A DNA stretch of 64,000 bases, from the NCBI RefSeq assembly GCF_006345805.1, contig NC_042999.1, positions 120,900,001 through 120,964,000 of the forward strand. The letters run 5' to 3'. Under the pieces are notes generated by a model, which saw only the letters and a program-made list of their open reading frames with translations, was not told the DNA's origin and did no database searches. Both the position numbers and the translations under genes were made by a program. The stretch is from Octopus sinensis. Taxonomy: Eukaryota. Of the stretch, positions 41,398 through 52,597 are shown piece by piece (within the stretch, counting starts at the first letter, position 1; every line of letters begins with the position of its first letter).

Positions 41398-41730
41398 ATG
41401 CGCGTGGCTCAGGGGTTAGAGCTTCGAGTGATTAGATCGTGTGGTTGTGAGTTCGAATCCCGGACCGGGCTGCGTGTTGTGTTCTTGAGCAAGACACTTT
41501 ATTTCACGTTGGTCCAGTTCACTCAGCTGTGGAAATGAGTTGCGATGTCACAGATGCCAAGCTCTATCGGCCTTTGCCTTTCCCTTGGAACGCACTCGTG
41601 GCGTGAAGAGGGGAGGCCGGTATGCCTGGGCGACTACTGGTCTTCCATAACCAAACTTGTCTGGACTTGTGTCTGAGAGGGTAACTTTCTAGGTACAATC
41701 CCATGGTCAGTCATGACCGAAGGTGTGGTC
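41398..41730 (+). mobile_element. SINE family C
   Basis: GTGGCTCAGGGGTTAG A box, GAGTTCGAATCCC B box, and the GTGTTCTTGAGCAAGACAC core. Confidence 0.88.
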
Positions 41731-41749
41731 TCAGCATATTCATGTATAC

Positions 41750-41862
<113 letters not shown>

Positions 41863-42380
41863 GTTATCAATAATAATATAGGGTGAAATTAATTAATTTG
41901 GAATAATTATTAATTTCACAAAGTAGATTTCGGCATGTAAAAGCCCCATTTGAGGAAGGTTTAAGTAATACTAAGTAATTAAGGGTTTAGCAACGATTTG
42001 CCTCACCACACACCGAATTTAGAAATAGCAGTCAAAGAGTTATGGCTATTCTTTCTACCTAAAAGGGAGATCTCAGTAAAACCACAGCACTTAAAAGGCA
42101 AACGCAGGCAAAAGAGAATGAAGTGACGACAATCATTCTATATTAAGTCACCTACGGACGTACGTTTCGAAATTAAGTCTTAGGAAAGCATAAAAATAGA
42201 GATAATTATGTCTGCTATTTCTAAATTCGGTGTGTGGTGAGGCAAATCGTTGCTAAACCCTTAATTACTTAGTATTACTTAAACCTTCCTCAAATGGGGC
42301 TTTTACATGCCGAAATCTACTTGGTGAAATTAATGATTATTCCAAATTAATTAATTTCACCCGATATTATTATTGATAAC
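41863..42380. mobile_element. Hammerhead-family repeat: truncated minus copy plus inverted duplication of its 3' end
   Basis: 169-bp arms 41863-42031 and 42212-42380 (about 3 mismatches by eye). The spacer carries the minus-strand 3' half of a hammerhead (GAAACGUACGUC/CGUAGG). Confidence 0.88.
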
Positions 42381-42503
42381 CATATTTCATCCCAGTAAAT
42401 AACCGCAACATCTTATCTTGGCAGCACGCTGGTGGGAGGAGGTTGGTGACACAAACTTTCATTCACACTTTGAATTTGGTGGTACTGGTAACGGCTTACG
42501 CTC

Positions 42504-42515
42504 GCTCTGATACCA
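42504..42515 (-). other. LTR-retrotransposon primer-binding site (tRNA-iMet type) after a CA-ending LTR remnant
   Basis: Minus strand ATTAAA...CTCAACTCA|TGGTATCAGAGC. Confidence 0.5.
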
Positions 42516-42570
42516 TGAGTTGAGGTGATGTCTTCTAGTGCCTCCAAATTTAATACACAATTATTCATAA

Positions 42571-42849
42571 TTGTAGAGTCCTACGCTGAAGAGTAAAATA
42601 GTCGGGTAAGACATAATTATCTAATTTTTATGCTTTCCTAAGACTTAATTTCGAAACGTACGTTCGTAGGTGACTTGATATAGAATGATTGTCGTCATTT
42701 CATTCTCTTTTGCCTGCGTTTGCCTTTTAAGTGCTGTGGTTTTACTGAGATCTCCCTTTTAAGTAGAAAGAATAGCCATAACTCTTTGACTGCTATTTCT
42801 AAATTCGGTGTGTGGTGAGGCAAATCGTTGCTAAACCCTTAATTACTTA

Positions 42850-42853
<4 letters not shown>
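42571..42853 (+). mobile_element. Hammerhead-family repeat, plus-strand copy with complete ribozyme, 3'-truncated by (TA)n
   Basis: Near-identical to the reverse complement of 41970-42213, and extends upstream to include the CUGAAGA core. Confidence 0.88.
42577..42675 (+). ncRNA. Type I hammerhead ribozyme motif
   Basis: CCUACG-CUGAAGA-G(long stem II)C-GAA-ACGUACGU-U/CGUAGG: perfect 6-bp stem I with bulged AGU/ACU extension, G10.1-C11.1, palindromic stem III, GUU triplet. Confidence 0.85.
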
Positions 42854-42911
<58 letters not shown>

Positions 42912-42913
<2 letters not shown>

Positions 42914-43185
42914 TTTATAATTGACGTGTTTCAGTCATTCGACTGTGACCATGCTTGAGTACTGCCATGAAATTTTAGTTGAATGAATCGATCCCATTAC
43001 TGATTTATTGTGAAACCTTGCACTGTTTCTGTCAGTCAGTTTTGCCGAAACGCTAAGTTACAGGGACATAAACACACCAATACCAGTTATCAAGTAGTGA
43101 TGGGGACAAACGCGGACACGCACATATACACACATGCGCACAAACACACATATATATATTGTATATATATATGTATGTGTATGCA

Positions 43186-43246
<61 letters not shown>

Positions 43247-43370
43247 ATATATATATATATACTACAGGCTTCTTTTTGTTTCCGTCTACGAAATCCACTC
43301 ACAAGACTTCGCCCATAGTGCCACGCAGTAGGACTGAACCCGGGACTCTGTGGTTGGGAAGAGATACTCA
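42912..43370 (-). mobile_element. SINE family A, diverged
   Basis: Reverse complement of family A with an expanded internal (TA)n. Confidence 0.82.
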
Positions 43371-45027
43371 CATATACATTTATATAAGTCTGGATTGATT
43401 GGATGGATGGCTGTTTATACGTATGTTTATATAATGGTGATATAGCGCTGATAGTCAGTCCTATAGGTTTGCTTTCTAGACTAACATCGGTAGTAATGAC
43501 AAAACACTAATGTCAGTAACACAATAGGTATCAACCGATGCAATATTTCGTTTCATTGGAAATGAGCAAGTCACGTAATAGCCACCTCGCTTGTGTTGTA
43601 ACAGGCAGAAAAAATATCTTTAGAAATTCTTTGAAAACTATATCATGTGAGCTAAAGAATCTCTAATTTACCATACCAAATATGCTATGCCTCAAAGGTT
43701 AAAGTAAACAAAACATGAGCAAATTCGAAGTCTGAAAGTGTGGAAGTAGTTTTAGGTAAATAATCACATGGAGAGAGTTCGTAAAATTGTAATGTACATC
43801 AAAATTGTTGCATTTTCTTTATATGCTTTACATGGGAATTATCTAGATGAAACCATAGTTTATTTTGTACGACAGATAAAGTTAGTATTGGATTAGTCAT
43901 TGCTGCTTAAAATGAAAAACAATTAATCACTAAATGGAGCAAACTTCATAGTGTTATGTGCCTACAACTCAACATAGAAGGCAGCACAACAGTGTTTCAT
44001 TCTTTGTTTTCAGATATTTCTATATTTGAAAAGGGATGAAATTAATATCATCAACAATAAATTCAATGCTAATATCCGCAAGAAGAATAATAGACTTAAC
44101 CGCAACAGCAGTATATACATGACTAAATTCTAAACCTAAGCACAATAAATGATTATAAAAGGCATGTCAAAAGTCCTGTAGCAATTACGTCCTATTGCAA
44201 TGTTAACCTATCACACGTTCTCTCCACTATCATTATGAACGGTGATAACTTCCAGTTCATGATTAGATATAGAAACGCTGAGAGTAAGACAAGTAGGTGA
44301 ACATTCATTGGAAACGAATAATTGCAATGATTCTTCGTTAACATAACTATTCCAGCGTTAAAACGTTAAGCAAATGCATCAAATAGTTGATGACAGCTCT
44401 AGAGACACTATATTAAAGAATCATTTGTCTATATGTTAAATGTACAGGTTAGTTATTTGCATAACATAAAAAAGGCCAGGGACTGTACACAATTTAAGAT
44501 AAATGATGATTAGGGCAAATTAAATTTCGTAGAGTGTAACATTTGGTTTAGAATATTACCGAATAACTTCCAAAACCAAGATTTCTGCAGGAGCTTCCTT
44601 TCAATCTCGATATCAATCAGCAAGGGTAGCAATTCGTTACAACTGGTTAGCCGGATCTCAAAAATGTAAGAAAATAGCAGTAATAGTTTGAAAGGGGAAG
44701 TATTTGTTTGTTTAGAGAAAACATTCTACACTGACACACGAACGGAGTAAACATTAAGTAAGAAACCTATGGTAATTCACTGACCTCCTTTCAATTCATA
44801 GTTTTTACCTACTGCATTAAGAATTCAATAGATTTCTTTTGAAGCAGCTATGCTAATACTGAGTCTGAATAACGTTTTGACGCTTTTAACAAAATACTGA
44901 AATCACAATAAGTTTTGTTGACTGTCTAGTCTCTTAAAGTTTCCCAGACCATCAAAGTTATATTTCAATTCGGATATTGAAAGAAATATTCGCACAGATT
45001 ATATATATATTATATATATTATATATA

Positions 45028-45058
<31 letters not shown>

Positions 45059-45114
45059 ATATATTTGTGTGTGTGTGTGTATATATATATATACAGATAT
45101 ATATATATATTATA

Positions 45115-45150
<36 letters not shown>

Positions 45151-45297
45151 TGTATGTATGTATGTTTATGTACAGATTAGTTATTTACATAACATAAAAA
45201 AGGCCAGCGACAGTACAAAAGTTAAAATAAATGATGATGATTTGGACAAATTAAATTATGTAAAATATAACATTTGGTTTAGAATATCGTCCCCTCT

Positions 45298-45511
45298 GCC
45301 CCCTGTGGGCTAAACATAGAGGGGACAAACAAAGACAGACAATGGTATTAAGTCGATTACATCGATTCCAGTGCGTAACTGGTACTTATTTAATTGACCC
45401 CGAAAGGATAAAAAACCAAGTCGACAACGGCGGAATTTGAACTCAGAACATAAAGACAGGCGAAATACCGCTAAGCATTTCGCCCAGCGTGCTAACGTTT
45501 CTGCCAGCTCA
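45298..45511 (-). mobile_element. SINE family B (variant tail)
   Basis: rc GTGAGCTGGCAGAAACGTTAGCACGCTGGGCGAAATGCTTAGCGG...GTTCTGAGTTCAAATTCCGCC. Confidence 0.9.
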
Positions 45512-45527
45512 CTACCTCACAGATATA

Positions 45528-46573
45528 GGAGGGTGCTGAAAAGTTCCTGGCTTTAAGGATACCGCAAAAGAGTAGAGCTATTTAGAAGAAGATATGCAAA
45601 ACATCATGATGGTATGCAATATAGCTTTCTCTTTTTACAGATTTAATGCATAATGCCAGCTCCTACTGAGTAGTTTGATAAAATTGAAGCACGGCGGTCA
45701 TGAAGTTCCTCTTTTTGTAAGGCAAAGGAGCGGTGGAAACTGATGGCGAGATGAAGGAAGTCTTCAAGGATGGTTACCCATCTCACTCTAAATTGAACAT
45801 TTGGATGTCAAGGATTCGGACTGGTCATTTAGAGGTCACAGATGAATCTCGGTCAGAACGGTCGACTTCCACGACCACAGAGGACAAAGCTGTCTATGTG
45901 CACGTCATGCTTCTCGAGGACCGCCAGATTTCAACTAAAGTCATAGCTGAAACTCTGGGGATTTCTCGTGAAAGAATTGGCGACATCATTCACAATATTC
46001 TGGACATGAGAAAGCTTTCCTCGGAACGGTGCCAAAATGCCTGAACACCGATCAGAGGCGCATCAAAATGATGACATTAAAAGCGATTTGGACCGTTTTG
46101 CAGCGGATGAGGTTGATTTTTATGGCTCATTTAGTCATTATGGATGAAAGTTAGCTTCATCATTACGAAGCAGCAATCAATGGAGTGGTGCCACAGCGGT
46201 TCACCGCGTCCAAAGAAGATTCGGATCCAGACGTCAGCTGGAAAGATTCTAGCTTCAGTGTTAAGGGACAAAGATGAAGGACTTCTCATAAAATATCTGC
46301 CAAAGAGTTGTGCCATCAGCGTGAAGCTTTGAAACAGTAACACCATTGAAAGCTGAGCCGTGAAAGGCTGAGCACATACAGCACATGGAACTCTACGAAA
46401 AATACGCGACTTTGGCTACGAGTTGGTACCCACCTTACTCTCCTGGTTTGGCCCCTTCCGACTATAACCTCTTTCCACAACTGAAAAAACAACACAAGGG
46501 AAGGAAATTTTACTCCGATTCAGGAGTGGGTGCTGCTACAGAGATCTGGTTGTAGTCTCAATCTTTTGAGTTT
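45528..46573 (+). mobile_element. mariner transposon relic, 3' end missing
   Basis: TA-GGAGGGTGCTGAAAAGTTCCTGGC TIR; peptides ETLGISRERI..IIHNILDMRKLS, MDES, QQSMEWCHSGSPRPKK and HPYSPGLAPSDYNLFPQLKK; no right TIR seen. Confidence 0.9.
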
Positions 46574-46578
46574 TACAG

Positions 46579-46820
46579 AGCTGGAATCGAACTCGGAATC
46601 CTCGGGTTAGTAGCCCGCACTCTTAACCACTACGCCATATTGAAAAATACCTTAGGAATGAGAACCCAGGTTCGAAATTTCCGCAAGACACCTGATGAAG
46701 GTTGGGGCGTATATCAGCCGAAACGTTTTGTTTACAACAAACAAGATGAGGATAAATATCCATCAATTGTAAATAATGTAAATAATATACATAATTCCTC
46801 ATCTCTGAAATATAGAACTG
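46579..46820. mobile_element. Composite short element: tRNA-like head (minus) joined to hammerhead-bearing body (plus)
   Basis: Minus 46640-46579: TGGCGTAGTGGTTAAG (A box), CGGG-CTACTAA-CCCG anticodon-like arm, GAGTTCGATTCC (B box). Plus 46641-46820: hammerhead and a GATGAGGA/TCCTCATC stem. Confidence 0.75.
46686..46733 (+). ncRNA. Minimal type I hammerhead motif, one stem I mismatch
   Basis: AGACAC-CUGAUGA-A-GGUUG(10 nt)CAGCC-GAA-ACGU-U/UUGUUU: 5-bp stem II, palindromic ACGU stem III, C-U mismatch at the first stem I pair. Confidence 0.7.
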
Positions 46821-47432
46821 CATAAACTCATAAATGTTACGTTATATGGTACACTTTGATCAGATACCTAATTTAGGAATATTCAATTAGATTTTTAAAT
46901 TTGTAATATACTCCTTATTTGATTGATTATATTTGATCTCTGTCTATGCTGAAGTTTTACTGAATGACTAGATTCATAAAGAACTATCATATAATTCACA
47001 ACTATACTGTTCTAAACAATTCATCAAAATATATTATATCAAATAGAGAGTATTACAGACACCTCTGGCATATAAAATCGACTTTGCCATTCCCCTGCTC
47101 TCAACATCATGTATACAGACAAGAAAAAGGTGAGATTTCAACATATCCTGAATTTTACACAGCACTTAGATCAGAAATCACTGGGTATCCAAGTTTATTG
47201 TACACTACTAAGTGAAACGTGATAAAAGTTATATCAAGACAACATATCTAACGTCAGACCATCTACTTGCGTGACAGATATTTTTTTTTCGATCAGAGCA
47301 GATTTGGGTATACAAAAGAATAGTAACAACAATCTAATATATTACAGAGTGTTTCAGACACTTTAGAATTTAAAATGTTTTTGTGTGTGTGTATCTGTGT
47401 GTGTGTGTGTATGTGTGTGTGTGTGTGTGTGT

Positions 47433-47472
<40 letters not shown>

Positions 47473-47759
47473 CATACGAATATACCAGCCTACATCACTC
47501 GGAATTGAGGATGATTTAGTAGAATGTGACAGATTCAGTGAAGGCATGGAAAGTTAGAAAAACACTCGGCTTTAACCTGAATGAACCGCAGTAGCCCAGA
47601 TTAATACAAAGGAAAACAAATATTGGAAGAAATTTTCAATTTTATTATTTCACTCAACTTCTGTAGAAGTGAAAGTCTTGACTGACGATATAACCTGACA
47701 CCCGGTTCCAGGAACCTGCGATCTTGTAACTTATGTACAGTTATATAGTGGTATGTGTG

Positions 47760-47832
<73 letters not shown>

Positions 47833-49732
47833 GTGCTCGCGCGTGTGTGTTTGTGTATACTAAGGTCACTTTGTAATTATTTTGTTTATAAAAGTATTTA
47901 TTTCACTGCTACATCAGTGGAATGAAATAATAAAATTGAAATTTTCTTGCAATATTAGTTTTCCTCTGAATTCCTGTGAGCTGTGTAATTCTTCTCTAAA
48001 TAGAATATAGCTCAGTGCACACAGAGATAATTCAAAGGTTAAGCCATTACACTTCACTTCTACATATTAGCTTTAATTATGATGGCAGCTTTATCCTCGC
48101 AAAACATTAATAGAGGTCACTTGAATTTATACTAATTTTCTTTGATCGTCAGAAAATCTTCAGTTTCCAGTAAGAAGAAATAATAAAAAACCGAAATCTC
48201 AATTCATATTCGAATAAAGCATTTCAAATTTTACTCTATCATGAGGAACATGTAGATATGATGCATATTGATTAAAATACATTACCATCATACATTCTCT
48301 TAAATAATTTCTGATTGATTTGAAGATTAAGCTACTTCTTAAGATCTACTAATAATTGAAAACGTCAGAAGATGTCAACTGGAAATATATAAATATCGTA
48401 TAACACTACTTAACACTTCAATTGATAATTCATAGATATTGCTTTTATTTGACCCCATTTATATTTTACTCAAGTTAATGTATTTCATATTTCTCTGGAA
48501 ACCGATGCCTAATATCAGCAATACTATTCAATGCAATTCCTTTATTTTTTCCCCGCTTAGACGAAGTAAGCAGTCAATAAAACTGCAATATGCTGTCGAT
48601 AATCCTATGTCTCCAATAGCTATTCTAGCAGGATTATAATTCTTATGGAAAAATCTACATAGATATGTTTGAAAAGTGATAATAACAGATTTCATCGGAA
48701 TAATCTCATTTAGAGTGTGTACTAACAGCTTTTTTCATCCATCATGGGACCACATAAACTAACAGCTCAGCTGCAGTTATATTTATAAGATTGTATCACA
48801 TTAATGTTTAGATGCTTTAATCACACTGATACAAATTAAACTAAGACATCTGTAAACAATAACGTAAGGCTAATTGGAACTTGGTAATGAACTTGATTCT
48901 TTGGTAGCTTATATTCTGTTCTATATTTTCTCTCAAAACCTCAAGAGCTGCAAATAGATACGCCTACGAATCGGTGGTTCGCATGTTATGATTAATCCTC
49001 TATCTTGCCAAACCACTTTACACCATATATCTAGCCAATATATTTGCAATTATGTTCCAAAGTGTTGTTTACTCAGCTGCTGAAAGGCGCTAAAATTGAC
49101 GGAAGTATTGTTACTCATTGTGCTGAACTCCAATTTCTTGTCGATCGCGATCCAAATAAATAAGGCTAACAACGTAGTCATATTTTTATATCATCTCTAA
49201 TGTTAATGTGATTTTAAAATATTTGAAATAGCAAAAATAGAATTTGATATAACGCTGGACAACCCTCCCTGCAGTCCAAAGGTGAAATAATTATACGAGA
49301 TTTTGAAGCTTTTATTCATAACTTTGTTGCTATAATCTGTTACCGTAGAAGATTTTAAAATAACATTTAAATAGCAAATGGCTTTTATGTTCCTCATTTT
49401 TACATGATCGATAAATGGAGCTATATGAAATGTATATTAAGTTTCGCTAACTAGTTTTATTAATCTTTATTTTATTTGCATTTTATGAATTTAAGCAATA
49501 ACCATTTAAATTTACCCTCCATTTTCTAAAATCAGGTATTTTCATGAGGCTAACACAATGAAATCTGCCTATTCATATAAACACATACAATGGCATGAAA
49601 ACATTTGTATAGAGAGCTTACACTAAAAAACTCAGACATTTGCAAAAAGTCGACAAAGAGACCAATATTTCGAAATAAAATTTAGTAATTCAAATTTTTG
49701 AATTGGATCTGAAAATTTTGAATTGATTTTCG

Positions 49733-49792
<60 letters not shown>

Positions 49793-50392
49793 CGCACTGA
49801 ATAACAACATGGATGTACTACATCGGGCTCCCCAATCAAAAACAAATCTAATCCAATAACATCGATGGAATTAGATAACGGATCCTGTGGAAGAATTGAA
49901 GGAAGCGGTGTTTTAACGAAAACAATTTTTTAAAAAGACGAAATTTTACTGCCATACAAAGCATGGTTTCTCCTACGCACGATGTATCAGTGAAACATAT
50001 GCGAAATATTCACGCGATATCAACACCGGAAAGTTTACAAATTCTAAAATAGAAATGGAACAAAATAATAAGTATATAAATTGAGTAATTACGCATACAT
50101 TCGAATGTCTACACAACCATATATACATTTTGATACCCATAGGACTACTCATACATCTGAATGTTTACACAACTACGTGACATTTACAGGACACACTCAC
50201 GCATATAAAAAACCTGCCACAAACGAAGAAAAACAAAAACATTTTTTTCCTGTTTTCTTTCTTTTTTTCTTACTTTAGTTTCACTTTTCGAGCTAACACA
50301 GAGTGAACAATTCATAGGTATAAAAACACCAAAAAAAAAACTATGCTCGAAGATAAATCTATCAACAAAAATATACAGACGAATACAGATCT

Positions 50393-50766
50393 AGGCGCAA
50401 GGAGTGGCTGTGTGGTAAGTAGCCTGCTAACCAACCACATGGTTCCGGGTTCAGTCCCACTGCGTGGCATCTTGGGCAAGTGTCTTCTGCTATAGCCCCG
50501 GGCCGATCAATGCCTTGTGAGTGGATTTGGTAGACGGAAACTGAAAGAAGCCTGTCGTATATATGTATAAATGTATGTGTGTGTTTGTGTGTCTGTGTTT
50601 GTCTCCCTAGCATTGCTTGACAACCGATGCTGGTGTGTTTACTTCCCCGTCAATTAGCGGTTCGGCAAAAGAGACCGATAGAATAAGTACTGGGCTTACA
50701 AAGGCAGTGCTCCAGCATGGCCGCAGTCAAATGACTGAAACAAGTAAAAGAGAGAAAAGAGAGAAT
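50393..50766 (+). mobile_element. SINE family A with ATCT target duplication
   Basis: Full head to tail; ATCT at 50389-92 and 50767-70. Confidence 0.92.
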
Positions 50767-51170
50767 ATCTGTTAGCCTTAAGAAGCTACGTTACGAGCAA
50801 TGTTTACATGCAGAGAATTCGGTGACGGTGTTGTCTCAAAAAATTTACCCTAAACAGACAAATCCGTCCCTTAATGTCAACGTCGAAGCTCGTCATGTCT
50901 CAATGATAATAAAGCAAAATACAAACCAGATTAGTCGTCGACCGGATCACAAAGGGCCACGTACTCGATATAGATCTGTTAGCCTTAAGAAACTACGTTG
51001 CGAGAAATGTTTAAATGCACAGAGCTCAGAGACGGTGTTATCTCAAAAAATTAACCCTAAACAGACAGATCCATCCCCGGATGTCAACGTCGAAGCTCGT
51101 CATGCCTCACCGTTAACAAAGCAAAATACAAACCGGAATGGTCATCGACCGGATTACAAAGGACCACCTA
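50767..51170 (+). repeat. Two tandem 207-bp units keeping an open frame (69-aa repeat)
   Basis: Units start at 50767 and 50974 (ATCTGTTAGCCTTAAGAA); both translate without stops or indels. Confidence 0.9.
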
Positions 51171-51375
51171 TTCAAATGATGAACCAGATTCGGGGAGAAA
51201 AATCAGCTACTGGTTCAAATCTTCCCGACAAACAAGAGCTGGAAGTACCCCACAACCGGAATATTCCAACAGATGGCCATCCAGGCTCATCATCAAATAA
51301 TCAAAAGAAAATGAATGAAAATAGTCTAGGGAAGATAATAAAGAAATTCTTACAGCTTTCTATCATTCCATATAT

Positions 51376-51787
51376 TTCTGGCTTAAAATTTGAAACAGAA
51401 GGGGTTATCATAGTAGCCCAAGACCAATGCCTACCAACAAGGAACTACCAGGCCAACATATTAAGGAACGGCAGCTTCCCAACATGTCGTGTATGTAAAC
51501 AACGAAATGAAACTATTGATCATGTTGTCTCCATGTGCAATCTTCTTGCACCTACAGAGTATCTCAACAGGCATGATAGAGCTGCACAATATAGTCACTG
51601 GGTAATTTGCAAAAACTTGGACTTGCCCCATGATAAAAACTGGTGGGAACACAAACCACCTCCAGTTCTCTAAAATAATCACATCTCACTCCTCTGGAAC
51701 TTCACCATTCACACTGACAGAAGGATGGAAATAGGCCAGAATCGTATTGAAAGACTTCAGAAAAAATCATGCCTCCTCATTGAAATG
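51376..51787 (+). mobile_element. R4/Dong LINE fragment: CCHC knuckle and start of RLE domain
   Basis: SGLKFETEGVIIVAQDQ, CRVC..ETIDHVVSMC, RHD, W(W)EHKP, LLWNFTIHTD, NRP(D)IVLKD..CLLIEM. Confidence 0.88.
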
Positions 51788-52100
51788 TACGCTCAGTTTG
51801 CAAGAGATGTGAATGCCAAGATAGATACTGAGGACCGGTGGCTATGGATGAGGAGTGACCTGAACATAGAGACAGAAGCACTCATATGCGCAGCTCAGGA
51901 ACAAGCGTTAAAGACCAATTATATGAAGTGCAGAATTGACACTACCGATAGTGACAAATGCAGAATGTGTGGTGAGAGGGGTGAAACGGTATGGCACATC
52001 GTTAGCGAATGCTCGAAATTGGCACAACGCGAATACAAACGACGCCGTGACAATGTGGCAACCAGAGTTCTTCGGAAACTCTTGTTTCGCATAAACTGAG
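51785..52100 (+). mobile_element. Second R4/Dong subfamily fragment with CCHC knuckle
   Basis: MYAQFAR, ETEALICAAQEQAL, CRMCGERGETVWHIVSEC, EYKRRRDNVA. Confidence 0.88.
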
Positions 52101-52538
52101 GTAAAGTAAAGTCTGTCATCACCACTATTATTTTTCGTCATCTGAAAATTTCAAGCAACTTTCTTTTGCATCAGTTATTGCACCTTTGTGCTAGTGGAAT
52201 GGTGTGTACTGCATTTTTATGGGGGGTGGGGAGATACTTTATTGTTTCAGTACATTTTTTATGGGGTTTTGTTTGAGTTTTCTGTTGTACTAGTTTTTTT
52301 TTATCGTGTGTTGTTTGTGTAACGCAAGTTGTGTTCTTTTGTCGAGTATCGGCCTTCTATGGCACATGTCGGTTTTGTTTATTTTGTTGGGTATTTACAG
52401 TGTGAATTTATTCTTGTGTTTTTGGAGGTGTGTTGCATAGTAGTGTGTGAGTGTGTAACTCCTAAATCAACTATTCTATAGTATTTATGATTATCCGTCT
52501 AGCGTCCTTTTGCTTGGTTTTGTTGTGAGTTTCGTTAA

Positions 52539-52596
<58 letters not shown>

Positions 52597-52597
<1 letters not shown>

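Noticed and set aside
46579-46640. Functional tRNA gene
   Set aside because: No acceptor stem and a mismatched T arm; better read as a SINE head.
47050-47135. Candidate small host exon ending at AAG|GTGAGA (similar candidate at ~1040-1170)
   Set aside because: No polypyrimidine tract, no recognisable protein, and no partner exons.
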